Source of the DNA: an uncultured bacterium
GTDB taxonomy: Bacteria; Krumholzibacteriota; Krumholzibacteriia; Krumholzibacteriales; Krumholzibacteriaceae
Length of the DNA: 64,000 nt
Direction of reading: 5' to 3'
NCBI GenBank assembly: GCA_963786935.1
Contig: CAWBAN010000003.1
Span: 384,001 to 448,000 of the forward strand
In this document: piece after piece, positions 8,489 through 17,424 of the stretch
Layout: each line of letters begins with the position of its first letter
Position numbering within the stretch: position 1 is the first letter of the stretch
Program-made: the position numbers and the translations under genes
The notes under the pieces: model-generated
Seen by the model: the letters and a program-made list of their open reading frames with translations, nothing else
Told to the model about the DNA's origin: nothing
Database searches by the model: none

Positions 8489-10187
8489 TTACAAGGATCT
8501 CTATATGAGCGAAGCCGAGGAGGCGCTCCAGGCGCTCGAGAACGGGCTCGTCGGTCTCGAGAACGCGGCGGAGCCGCTCCCGGCGATCAACGATCTCTTC
8601 CGGCACGCGCACAACCTCAAGGGGAATTCGGGCGCCATGGGGTACGAAGAGGTGGTTGAGGCGAGCCACGCGCTCGAGAACGCACTCGACGGTCTCCGCC
8701 GCGGGGGAGAGGTCACCACGGCGAAGATCGGCTGCATGCTCGGCGTCGCCGACATACTGAAGAAGCTCGTCAAGTGCGCGGTGGGGGACGGCGGGGACGC
8801 CGGCGCCGCCTCGCCGGAAGCGGCGGGCGCGGACGAGCGCCCCGAAGCGAAAAGCCCGCGGAGCGCGGAGCTCCTCGGCGAAGCGCTCGTGCTGCTCTCG
8901 CGCATCTCCGATGGCCCCGCCCGGGCGGAATCCGTCACGCGGCCGGTCTCCACGCCGGAGACCGGATCGGATTCGACCGGGATTCTGGGCCATCGCATCA
9001 CGTCGACCAAGGTGGAGCTCGAGCGGCTCGATCGGATCATGGATCTCGTCGGAGAGCTCACGATCAGCCGGATCAGGCTCAGCGCGACCGCGAGCGACCT
9101 CGGCTCGAAGCCGCTCGTCGACGAGCTGGCGCTCTCGTGGCGGCTCATCTCGCAGATCCAGAAGGAGGTCATGGAGGCGCGGCTCATTCCCGCGGGCCAG
9201 ATCTTCCAGCGTTTCAACCGGCTCGTGCGCGACGTTTCGCACGAGCGCGGGAAGCGGGTGAAGCTCGAGATCGCGGGGGCCGACATCGGTCTCGACCGCG
9301 TCGTGCTCGAGAGCATGGTCGATCCGCTCGTGCATCTCATCCGGAACTCGATCGATCACGGGATCGAGGCGCCGGCCGAGCGCGCGGCCGCCGGCAAGCC
9401 CGAGGAGGCCGTCATCGTGCTGAGCGCCCGGCGCGAGCGGAACAACGTCGCGCTCGAGGTCTCCGACGACGGACGCGGCATCGATCTGGACAAGGTCGCG
9501 CGCGCCGCCGCCGCCGCGGGAATCGGCCGGAGCAAGGCCGCCGATCTCACCGAGGAGGACGTCTGCCGCATCATCACGACGGCGGGATTCAGCACCGCCG
9601 ATTCGGTCGACACGCTCTCGGGGCGCGGCATCGGCATGAACATCGTCAAGAAGACGGTCGATTCGCTCGGCGGCTCGATTCGCGTCCGGACCGCGCGGGG
9701 CGCGGGGACGACGTGCACGCTGCTGCTCCCGATCAACCTCTCGATCATCAAGGCGCTCCTGTTCTCGGTCGGGCCGGACGTTCACGCGCTCCCGATCGAG
9801 TACATCAAGAAGACGAACCGGTTCGAGCAGGGCTCGCTCAAGACCGTGCGGGGGGATCTCGTCCTGCCGACCGACGAGGGCGTCATTCCCGTCGTCATGC
9901 CGAGCGACATTCTCGGCGTGGCGTTCGAATCGGGAGACGGACGCTACGCGAAGGTCATCGTCGTCGATACGGGCGCGCGGCGCATCGCCGTCGTCGTGAA
10001 CGGGATCATCGGCCAGCAGGACATCGTTATCAAGGCTTTACCGCCGCTCTTCAGAGGCTTGCGGGGGATATCGGGCGCAACGGTTCTCGGAAGCGGCAAA
10101 GTGGCGTTCATCTGGGATCCACACATCCTCTTCGAAGGAAGGTGCACGTATGAGTCCGATCAAGCGGCCGTCGTTTCTGAGAATTGA
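8475..10187 (+). CDS. cheA: Chemotaxis histidine kinase CheA (HPt, dimerisation, HATPase, CheW; no obvious P2)
   Basis: HPt FRHAHNLKG, LDRIMDLVGEL, DPLVHLIRNSIDHGIE, SDDGRGID, SGRGIGM, C-terminal CheW domain GISGATVLGSG. Confidence 0.95.
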   Translation: MNVSDYKDLYMSEAEEALQALENGLVGLENAAEPLPAINDLFRHAHNLKGNSGAMGYEEVVEASHALENALDGLRRGGEVTTAKIGCMLGVADILKKLVKCAVGDGGDAGAASPEAAGADERPEAKSPRSAELLGEALVLLSRISDGPARAESVTRPVSTPETGSDSTGILGHRITSTKVELERLDRIMDLVGELTISRIRLSATASDLGSKPLVDELALSWRLISQIQKEVMEARLIPAGQIFQRFNRLVRDVSHERGKRVKLEIAGADIGLDRVVLESMVDPLVHLIRNSIDHGIEAPAERAAAGKPEEAVIVLSARRERNNVALEVSDDGRGIDLDKVARAAAAAGIGRSKAADLTEEDVCRIITTAGFSTADSVDTLSGRGIGMNIVKKTVDSLGGSIRVRTARGAGTTCTLLLPINLSIIKALLFSVGPDVHALPIEYIKKTNRFEQGSLKTVRGDLVLPTDEGVIPVVMPSDILGVAFESGDGRYAKVIVVDTGARRIAVVVNGIIGQQDIVIKALPPLFRGLRGISGATVLGSGKVAFIWDPHILFEGRCTYESDQAAVVSEN

Positions 10188-10767
10188 CGCCCTGAAGGAG
10201 CTGGGGAACATCGGCGCGGGGCACGCCGTCACGGGGCTCGCGCAGCTCTTGCGGAAGCGGATCGACGTCAACATCACGAGCGTCGACCTCATACCGGTGA
10301 AGATCATCTACAACTTCTTCAACGGCCCCGAGTCGATGGTGTCCGTCGTGTATCTCGAGGGGTACAGCGACGGGTTCCGCGGGATGATGTTCCTCATCTT
10401 CCCGCATCCGGAGGCGACGCGGCTCGTCGAGCTCGCGACCGGGAAGACCCAGATGGACGAGAAGCTGTGGGACGAGTATTCGCTCTCGGTTCTCAAGGAA
10501 ATCGGGAACATCATGTGCGGGAGCTATCTGAACGCGCTCTCCACGTTCGTCCACAAGAAGCTCATGCAGTCGGTGCCGCAGGTGTCTCACGACATGCTCG
10601 GCGCCGTCATGGATTCGGTGCTCGTGGACCTCAGCATGGAGTCCGACTACGCGCTCGTCCTCGAGACCGCGTTCACCCTCAACGGAAACGGTTGCAAGGG
10701 ATTCCTCTTCTTCGTGCCGACGCAGGAATCCCTCGATACGATTTTTGAAGCCATCGGAGTCGATTGA
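10150..10767 (+). CDS. cheC: CheY-P phosphatase CheC
   Basis: Two ExxN active-site motifs: DALKELGNIGAGHA and LKEIGNIMCGSY. Confidence 0.92.
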   Translation: MSPIKRPSFLRIDALKELGNIGAGHAVTGLAQLLRKRIDVNITSVDLIPVKIIYNFFNGPESMVSVVYLEGYSDGFRGMMFLIFPHPEATRLVELATGKTQMDEKLWDEYSLSVLKEIGNIMCGSYLNALSTFVHKKLMQSVPQVSHDMLGAVMDSVLVDLSMESDYALVLETAFTLNGNGCKGFLFFVPTQESLDTIFEAIGVD

Positions 10768-10784
10768 ACGAAAGGAGTGTCCCC

Positions 10785-11162
10785 GTGAAACTCAGAGTGC
10801 TCATCGTAGACGACGCGATTTTCATGCGGAAGATGATTTGCGACATTCTCGTCGAGAACGGCATGGAGATCGTCGGCGAGGCCGATACGGGCGCCAAGGC
10901 CGTGGAGAAATTCGCGGAGCTTCGCCCCGATCTCGTGACCATGGACATCATCATGCCCGAGATGAACGGAATCGACGCGGTCCGCAAGATCATGGAGAGC
11001 GATTCGCAGGCGAAGATCGTCATGTGCAGCGCCCTCGGACAGCAGGCGCTCGTGCAGGATGCGATCGCCGCCGGCGCGAAAGACTTCCTCATCAAGCCGT
11101 TCAACGCCGCGCGCGTGGTCGAGGTGATCGCGAAGCTGTTCAACCAAGTGCCGACGGTCTGA
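10785..11162 (+). CDS. cheY: Stand-alone response regulator CheY (F1/DifD-like)
   Basis: VLIVDDAIFMR, DLVTMDIIMP, MCSALGQ, DFLIKPF. GTG start after AAGGAG. Confidence 0.92.
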   Translation: MKLRVLIVDDAIFMRKMICDILVENGMEIVGEADTGAKAVEKFAELRPDLVTMDIIMPEMNGIDAVRKIMESDSQAKIVMCSALGQQALVQDAIAAGAKDFLIKPFNAARVVEVIAKLFNQVPTV

Positions 11163-11185
11163 CGGTCCGGTGAAAGGACAGGGAC

Positions 11186-13060
11186 ATGCCCGAACTGAGG
11201 GATGAAGAACGGAAAGTTCTCCTCGGATTCGCCTCCCGCGTCGAGCGGAACGACCCCGGTGCGCTCAACAACCTCGGCGTCGTCTATTTCCGCAAGGGGA
11301 TGTACGAGGAGGCGATGGAGCAGTTCAAGGAAGCGCTCAAGGTCGATCCGAAGTTCGATCTGGCGCGGGAGAACCTCCGCTACGTGTTCGCGGAGACGGG
11401 TCTCGAGGACGCGGACGTCCGCCACTGGCGCGACGAGGTGACGCGCGATCCCGAGAACTTCGAAGCGATGCTGCGCCTCGGCGTGAGCTATCAGAACATG
11501 GGGCGATTCCGCGAGGCGGCCGCGATCCTCGGCGCCGTCGTCGAGAAGAACCCCGAGCATACGATGGCGCGGTTCCATCTCGCCATCACGCTCCGGGCGC
11601 AGGGGCTCCACCAGCAGTCCCTCGAGCATTACACGTACATCGGCCAGCACTTCGCGAAGTCGGCCGTCTTTCACACCGATCTCGGCGAGGTGCTCTACAA
11701 CCTCGGCCGGACGGACGAGGCGATCGCCGAGCTCAACGCGGCGATCAAGCTCGACGCCGATTACTGGCGGTCGCATTTCCTCCTGTCCTTCGCGTACGGG
11801 GACAACGGCCAACTCCAGGAAGCGCTCGAGGAGAGCCGCGTGGCCTCCCGCCTCAATCCGTCGTTCCAGAACGCCGAGGCGAATCTCGCCCTTTCCGACG
11901 CCGGCACGGGCGCCGCGGGGGAAGCGGCGAGGAACGGCGCGGGCAAGGAGGCCGCGAGCCTCGAGAGCACGTCGTTCACCCTCGGCATGGCGTACCGCGA
12001 GCGCGGGTTCATGAAGGAAGCGCTCAAGGAGTTCCAGAAGGCGCTCGGCGACATGTCGGACTGCGACCGCGTCCATATCGAGATCGGCAAGATTCATATC
12101 GGGGAAGGCTCGCTGGCCGCCGCCGCCGAGGCGTTCCTCAGGACGCTCGAGGCGAATCCCGAAAACGTCGAGGCCTTCCGTCTCCTCGGGTGCGTGTATC
12201 ACCTGCAGGGATCGTATTTCGAAGCGGGGCTCTGCTATCTCCAGGCTTTTCGGCTCAACTCAGCCGACGCCGACACGATGAACAACCTCGGCGTGCTGCT
12301 CTACCAAACGGGCCTCAAGGAAGAGGCCGAGCGGATGTTCAAGAAGGGGCTGAACCTCAAGATCTACCACCAGGAGCTCAATTACAATTTCCTGACCTGC
12401 CATCTGCATAAGGAAGAGTACATGATGGCGGAGAATCTCATCCAGCGCTTCGAGGCGTTCATGGGGAAGAGCCCGCTCCTCTACGAGAAGCACGCGATCC
12501 TCAATTACAAGATGAACCGCCTCACGCTTGCGCTGTTCGATATCGAGAGCGCACTCTCGCTCGACAAGAATCACAGCGACGCGCTCTATCTCAAATCGCT
12601 CATCTGTCTCCGCGAAGAGGATTTCCAGGGCGCGATCAACGCCGTGCTCGAGGCGGCGAAAATCTCGCCGATATACACGGGTCTCGGGTTCTTCCTCGCG
12701 ATGGACGAGCGCCGGCGCACGAATCCGGCGAAGATTCCCGCGCAGATGGCGGGAGAGCCAGGCGACGAGCTCGTCGAGCTGCTCCAGTGCGGCATCGCGC
12801 GGAGATTCGATAAAATCAAGGAATCGCTCATGTCGGTCGTCGAATTGGGTTTGAAGAAGATCGGCGAGAAGGGCGCCGGCGCCCCCGCGAAGCCGGGCGG
12901 CACCGCCGCGAAGCCGGGCGGCGCCCCGGCGAAACCGGGAGCGGCCGCCGGCGCCGCGTCGGCCGGGTCGAAACCTGCGCCGTCATCCGCGGACGATTCA
13001 ACGGAGGCGCTCATCGAGGCGCTGTCCGATATCGCCGTCGAAGAGGATGATCGGTCATGA
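11186..13060 (+). CDS. Multi-TPR protein in the chemosensory operon
   Basis: Many TPR repeats (ALNNLGVVYFRKG...A...F..AL..DP). Low-complexity PAKPGG tail and acidic end. Confidence 0.88.
   Translation: MPELRDEERKVLLGFASRVERNDPGALNNLGVVYFRKGMYEEAMEQFKEALKVDPKFDLARENLRYVFAETGLEDADVRHWRDEVTRDPENFEAMLRLGVSYQNMGRFREAAAILGAVVEKNPEHTMARFHLAITLRAQGLHQQSLEHYTYIGQHFAKSAVFHTDLGEVLYNLGRTDEAIAELNAAIKLDADYWRSHFLLSFAYGDNGQLQEALEESRVASRLNPSFQNAEANLALSDAGTGAAGEAARNGAGKEAASLESTSFTLGMAYRERGFMKEALKEFQKALGDMSDCDRVHIEIGKIHIGEGSLAAAAEAFLRTLEANPENVEAFRLLGCVYHLQGSYFEAGLCYLQAFRLNSADADTMNNLGVLLYQTGLKEEAERMFKKGLNLKIYHQELNYNFLTCHLHKEEYMMAENLIQRFEAFMGKSPLLYEKHAILNYKMNRLTLALFDIESALSLDKNHSDALYLKSLICLREEDFQGAINAVLEAAKISPIYTGLGFFLAMDERRRTNPAKIPAQMAGEPGDELVELLQCGIARRFDKIKESLMSVVELGLKKIGEKGAGAPAKPGGTAAKPGGAPAKPGAAAGAASAGSKPAPSSADDSTEALIEALSDIAVEEDDRS
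12878..12940 (+). repeat. 3 x 21-bp imperfect in-frame tandem repeat (GAPAKPG/GTAAKPG/GAPAKPG)
   Basis: ggcgcccccgcgaagccgggc / ggcaccgccgcgaagccgggc / ggcgccccggcgaaaccggga. Confidence 0.8.
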
Positions 13061-14186
13061 CCATACAATCGTCGATCAAGGAGCTGGGGCTGTTCGATCT
13101 CTTCCAGCTGCTCCATATCAACAAGAAGACGGGACGTCTCATCGTCACCGACGGTCCCGACGGCAAGGAAGCGCAGATCATATTCCGGAACGGCGACACG
13201 TGCTTCGCCGTGATTCACGACCGGGTTCCGAAACCGATCTCGGCGCTGCTCGCCGACTGGGGGGTCATCGACGAGGGCTCCGTCGCGCGGGTCGAGAACG
13301 CGCTGCCGAAATATCCGACGCTCGTCGATTGCCTCGAGGGGGAGCATATCGCCGCCCGCGGGCACCTCGAGAACTTCCTCGCGAACTGCATTCGAGACTG
13401 CATCTACGAGATCTTCAAATGGGACCGCGGCGAATGCCGTTTCATCGAGGAGGAGATCGACCAGCGCCGCGACATCGTCATTCCGCTCAACACGGAGAAC
13501 CTCATCCTCGAGGGCGCCCGCCGGATCGACGAATGGTCGAACATCAGCGGCAAGGTGCCGTCGCGGCACTCCATCTTCAAGCTGAGCGCCGTCGGCCAGG
13601 ACGGGCAGCGCCTCAACTTGAAGCCGCGCGAGTGGGAGATCCTGTCGCTCATCGACGGGAAGCGCTCCGTCAAGGAAGTGAACGACGCGGTCGGCGGAGA
13701 CCTCTTCTCGACGAGCAAGCTCATCTACGGTCTCGTCGTGATGGGGGTCATCGAGCTCGTCAACGCGGAGACCGCCGCCGCTCCCGGAGGGGGGGGACCG
13801 AGGGACGCCTCGAGGATTTTCTCCGGAGCGGCCGCGAGCATTACGGCAGGCTCAATCTCGAGGGGGCGGCCGCCCAGTTCGAGAAGGCGGCCCAGATCGA
13901 TCCCGAGTGCTTCGAGGCGCTCCGCATGCTCGGCGAGATCTACTACAAGACGGACAAGCTGAGCGAGGCCCTCATCTACCTCACGAAGGCGCGCGCGCTG
14001 CGCCCGGATAACCAGAAGGCGATGTTCATCACGGGGTACCTGCACGCGCGCCTCGGCGACGTCGCGAAGGCGATCGGCCAGTGGGAGGAGCTCAAGGAAG
14101 TGAGCACCAACCCGCAGATCGTCGAGCTCGTCACGAAGAAGCTCGAGCTCGCCCGGCAGTGGGAAAAGGTGCTCCAGGAATATTGA
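13057..14186 (+). CDS. DUF4388 (PatA-N-like) domain protein with C-terminal TPRs; frameshifted at a G8 run (13789-13796)
   Basis: N-terminal IQSSIKELGLFDLFQLLHINKKTGRL...FKWDRG...ILEGARRIDEW. The TPR-containing C-terminus continues in the -1 frame (TEGRLEDF...) to the stop at 14186. Confidence 0.82.
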
Positions 14187-14319
14187 GCGCCGCCCGCCCC
14201 ACGAATCGCGCCCGGATCGCCCGCGCCCCCCGCGATTCCCCATTGTCGAACTCCCTTCGGGAGTGTTATGTTCCGGATTCAAGACCGTTCGAGGCACGGC
14301 TCCCGAAGGAGGTTCGTTC

Positions 14320-16491
14320 ATGCGCGCGAGACTCACTGCGCTCCTGTTCGCCGCGGTCGCGGCGGCCCTTCCCGCGATGCTCCTCGCCGACGAGGGGATG
14401 TGGCCGATCGACAATCTCGACAAGCTCGACTGGAAGGCACTGCAGACGATGGGCCTGCAGCTCTCGGGGAAGCAGATCTACGATCCGAGCGGGGGCGGCG
14501 TCGCCCGCGCGATCGTGAGCCTCGGCGGGGGCACGGGTTCGTTCGTGTCGGCGAACGGGCTCATCCTCACGAACCATCACGTCGCCTTCGGCGCGCTCCA
14601 GCGGACGAGCACGTCCGAGCACAACTACATCGCCGACGGCTTCAACGCGGCGAGCTACGAGGAGGAGATCCCGGCGCCCGGATACCGCGCCTCGGTGCTC
14701 CTCTCGATCGACGACGTGACGCGGAAGGTCCTCTCGGCGGTCAACGACAGCATGGGGGACGTGGACCGGTTCAACGCGATCGAGAAGCGGATCAAGGAGA
14801 TCGTCAAATACGGCGAGGAGGGACGCGACGTCGAGTGCCGCGTCGTTTCCTCTTACGAAGGGATGCAGTACAAGCTCTTCACCTATCTCGTGTGCAAGGA
14901 CGTCCGGATCGTCTACGCGCCGCCCGCTTCGATCGGCAACTACGGCGGCGACATCGACAACTGGATGTGGCCGCGCCACACGGGGGATTTCTCGTTCCTC
15001 CGCGCGTACGTCGCCCCTGACGGGAAATCGGCCGAGTACGCGAAGGAGAACGTACCGTACCGGCCGGCCGTGCACCTCGCCATGTCGACGAAGAGCCTCA
15101 AGGAAAACGACTTCACGATGATCATCGGCTATCCCGGCAGGACGAGCCGCCACGCCACGTCGTACGCGGTCGCCCAGATGCAGGAGTACTCCTACCCGAA
15201 GCGGATCGCGATGTTCAAGGACTGGCTCGCGATTCTCGGCGAGGAAGCGAAGCGCGGCGAGGACGTCGAGATCAAGGTCGCGCAGTTCGACCAGATGCTC
15301 AACAACTCGATGAAGAACTGGGAGGGGATGCTCGAGGGATTCAAGAAGGGAGGCCTCCTCGAGAAGAAGCGCAACAGCGAGCAGGCCTTCACGAAATGGC
15401 TCGAGATGAGCCCCGACATGAAGCAGAAGTACGGCGACGTGCTCCCGGGCATCGCCGCGCTCTACGAGGAGCAGAAGAGCTACCGCGACAAGAACATGAT
15501 CATCGGCCAGATGTATTTCGGATGCCAGATGCTGCGCGCCGCCAACACGCTCGAGCGCTGGTCCGAGGAGAAGACGAAGGCCGACATCGAGCGCAAGCCC
15601 GGCTACCAGGAGCGCGACGTCCCGCGGCTCAAGCAGGGCCTCCGGATCATCCAGATGAGCTACGATCCGCAGGTCGACCGCCGGGTGCTGCGGTATTTCC
15701 TCACGCTCGCGGCGGAGCTGCCCGATAACCAGCGGATCGCGGCGGTCGACGCGGCGCTCGAGGGGGCGAAGGGCCCCGAGGCAGGGAAGCGGATCGACGC
15801 GCTCCTCGACGCCCTCTACGCGGGGACGAAGCTCGGCTCGCCGGACGAGCGGCTCCGGCTGTTCGATCTCTCGCGCGACGATCTGCTCAAGCAGGGGGAC
15901 TCCTTCGTCGATTTCGCCGTGAAGCTCGGCGTCGAGTCGCGCGCGATCGAGGAGAAGGAGAAGGCCTCCCAGGGCGCCCACCAGCGCTTCGGCGCGCGCC
16001 TCATGGAAGCGCTCATGCTGTGGAAGGGCGGAAACGTCTATCCCGACGCGAACGGCACGATGCGCCTCACCTACGGCACGGTGAAGGGCTACCGCCCGCG
16101 CGACGCCGTTTCGTACGCGTACATGACGACGCTCGCCGGCGTCGTCGAGAAGCACACGGGCGTGGAGCCGTTCGACTGTCCGAAGGAGCTCCTCGCGCTG
16201 CGCGAGGGCATGGACTTCGGCGCGTACGAGGACGCCGCGCTCGGCGACGTGCCGGTCGATTTCCTCTCGACGTGCGACATCACGGGCGGGAACTCGGGCA
16301 GCCCGATCATGAACGGCAAGGGCGAATGCATCGGCGCGGCGTTCGACGGCAACTACGAGAGCATCTCGTCGGACTACCTTTTCATCAAGGAGACGACGCG
16401 GTCGATCAACGTCGATTCCCGCTACATCCTCTTCATCATGGACAAGATGAGCGGGGCGCGGCGGCTGCTCGACGAGATGAAGGTAAAATAG
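14320..16491 (+). CDS. S46 family dipeptidyl peptidase (DPP7-like), secreted
   Basis: Signal peptide then DEGMW; TNHHV, DIDNWMWPRHTGDF, DITGGNSGSP, AFDGN. AAGGAGG RBS. Confidence 0.93.
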   Translation: MRARLTALLFAAVAAALPAMLLADEGMWPIDNLDKLDWKALQTMGLQLSGKQIYDPSGGGVARAIVSLGGGTGSFVSANGLILTNHHVAFGALQRTSTSEHNYIADGFNAASYEEEIPAPGYRASVLLSIDDVTRKVLSAVNDSMGDVDRFNAIEKRIKEIVKYGEEGRDVECRVVSSYEGMQYKLFTYLVCKDVRIVYAPPASIGNYGGDIDNWMWPRHTGDFSFLRAYVAPDGKSAEYAKENVPYRPAVHLAMSTKSLKENDFTMIIGYPGRTSRHATSYAVAQMQEYSYPKRIAMFKDWLAILGEEAKRGEDVEIKVAQFDQMLNNSMKNWEGMLEGFKKGGLLEKKRNSEQAFTKWLEMSPDMKQKYGDVLPGIAALYEEQKSYRDKNMIIGQMYFGCQMLRAANTLERWSEEKTKADIERKPGYQERDVPRLKQGLRIIQMSYDPQVDRRVLRYFLTLAAELPDNQRIAAVDAALEGAKGPEAGKRIDALLDALYAGTKLGSPDERLRLFDLSRDDLLKQGDSFVDFAVKLGVESRAIEEKEKASQGAHQRFGARLMEALMLWKGGNVYPDANGTMRLTYGTVKGYRPRDAVSYAYMTTLAGVVEKHTGVEPFDCPKELLALREGMDFGAYEDAALGDVPVDFLSTCDITGGNSGSPIMNGKGECIGAAFDGNYESISSDYLFIKETTRSINVDSRYILFIMDKMSGARRLLDEMKVK

Positions 16492-16497
16492 GAATTC

Positions 16498-17372
16498 ATG
16501 GGACTGTTCTTCGCGCTCATGACGGCGGTCATGTGGGCCGCCGCGATCATCTATCTCAAGCGATCGGGGGAGACGGCTCCCCCGTTCGCGCTCAATCTCT
16601 TCCGCGTGGCCCTCTCGAGCGCGCTGCTCGCGCCGACCGTCGTGATCGCGGGGCAGGATCTGTTTTATCCGGCGCCGCTCCGCGATTACCTCATCCTGAT
16701 CGCGAGCGGCGTCGTCGCGATCGCTATCTCCGACACCTTCCTCCTCATGGCCCTGAACCGGCTCGGGGCGGGGATCATGGCGATCGTCGACTGCCTCTAC
16801 GCGCCGTTCGTCGTGCTCTTCGCGTTCATCATGCTCGGCGAGCGGCTCGGGATCGCTCAGTGGGCCGGGATGGCGCTCGTCATCGTCGGCGTGCTCATCG
16901 CGGCGCGCCACGAGCCGCCCCGGGGCACGACGCGGCGGCAGATTCTCGTCGGGAGCCTGTTCGGCGTCCTCGCGATGATGACCGTCGCGTTCGGCATCGT
17001 GCTCGCGAAGCCGGTGCTCGAGCGTTCTCCGATTCTCTGGGCGACGACGATACGGCAGTTCGGCGCGCTCATCGTCATGATCCCCGCCGCGCTACTTCTG
17101 CCCGAGCGGCGCGGGATCTTCGGCCTCTTCCGCCCGATGCGCAGCTGGAAGTACATGGTGCCGGCCACGCTCCTCGGCTCGTACCTGGCGCTCATCTTCT
17201 GGATCGGGGGAATGAAATCTCGCTCGCGGGTCCCGCGGCGATTCTCAACCAGACGAGCTCGATCTACGTCCTCATCTTCGCCTCGATCTTCCTCAAGGAG
17301 CCGTTCACCGCGCGGAAGGTCGTCGCCTCCGTGCTCGCGATCGCCGGCATCGCGATGGTGACGCTGGGCTAG
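16498..17372 (+). CDS. DMT/EamA family transporter (frameshift near 17218)
   Basis: EamA repeat pattern (LGERLG..QWAG). The last two TMs (LAGPAAILNQTSSIYVLIFASIFLKEPFT...) are in the -1 frame. Confidence 0.85.
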
Positions 17373-17424
17373 GGGGGAGAGGCGCCGCGCCCGCGGCGGC
17401 GTCGATCAGGCGGCCGCGCCGGCA

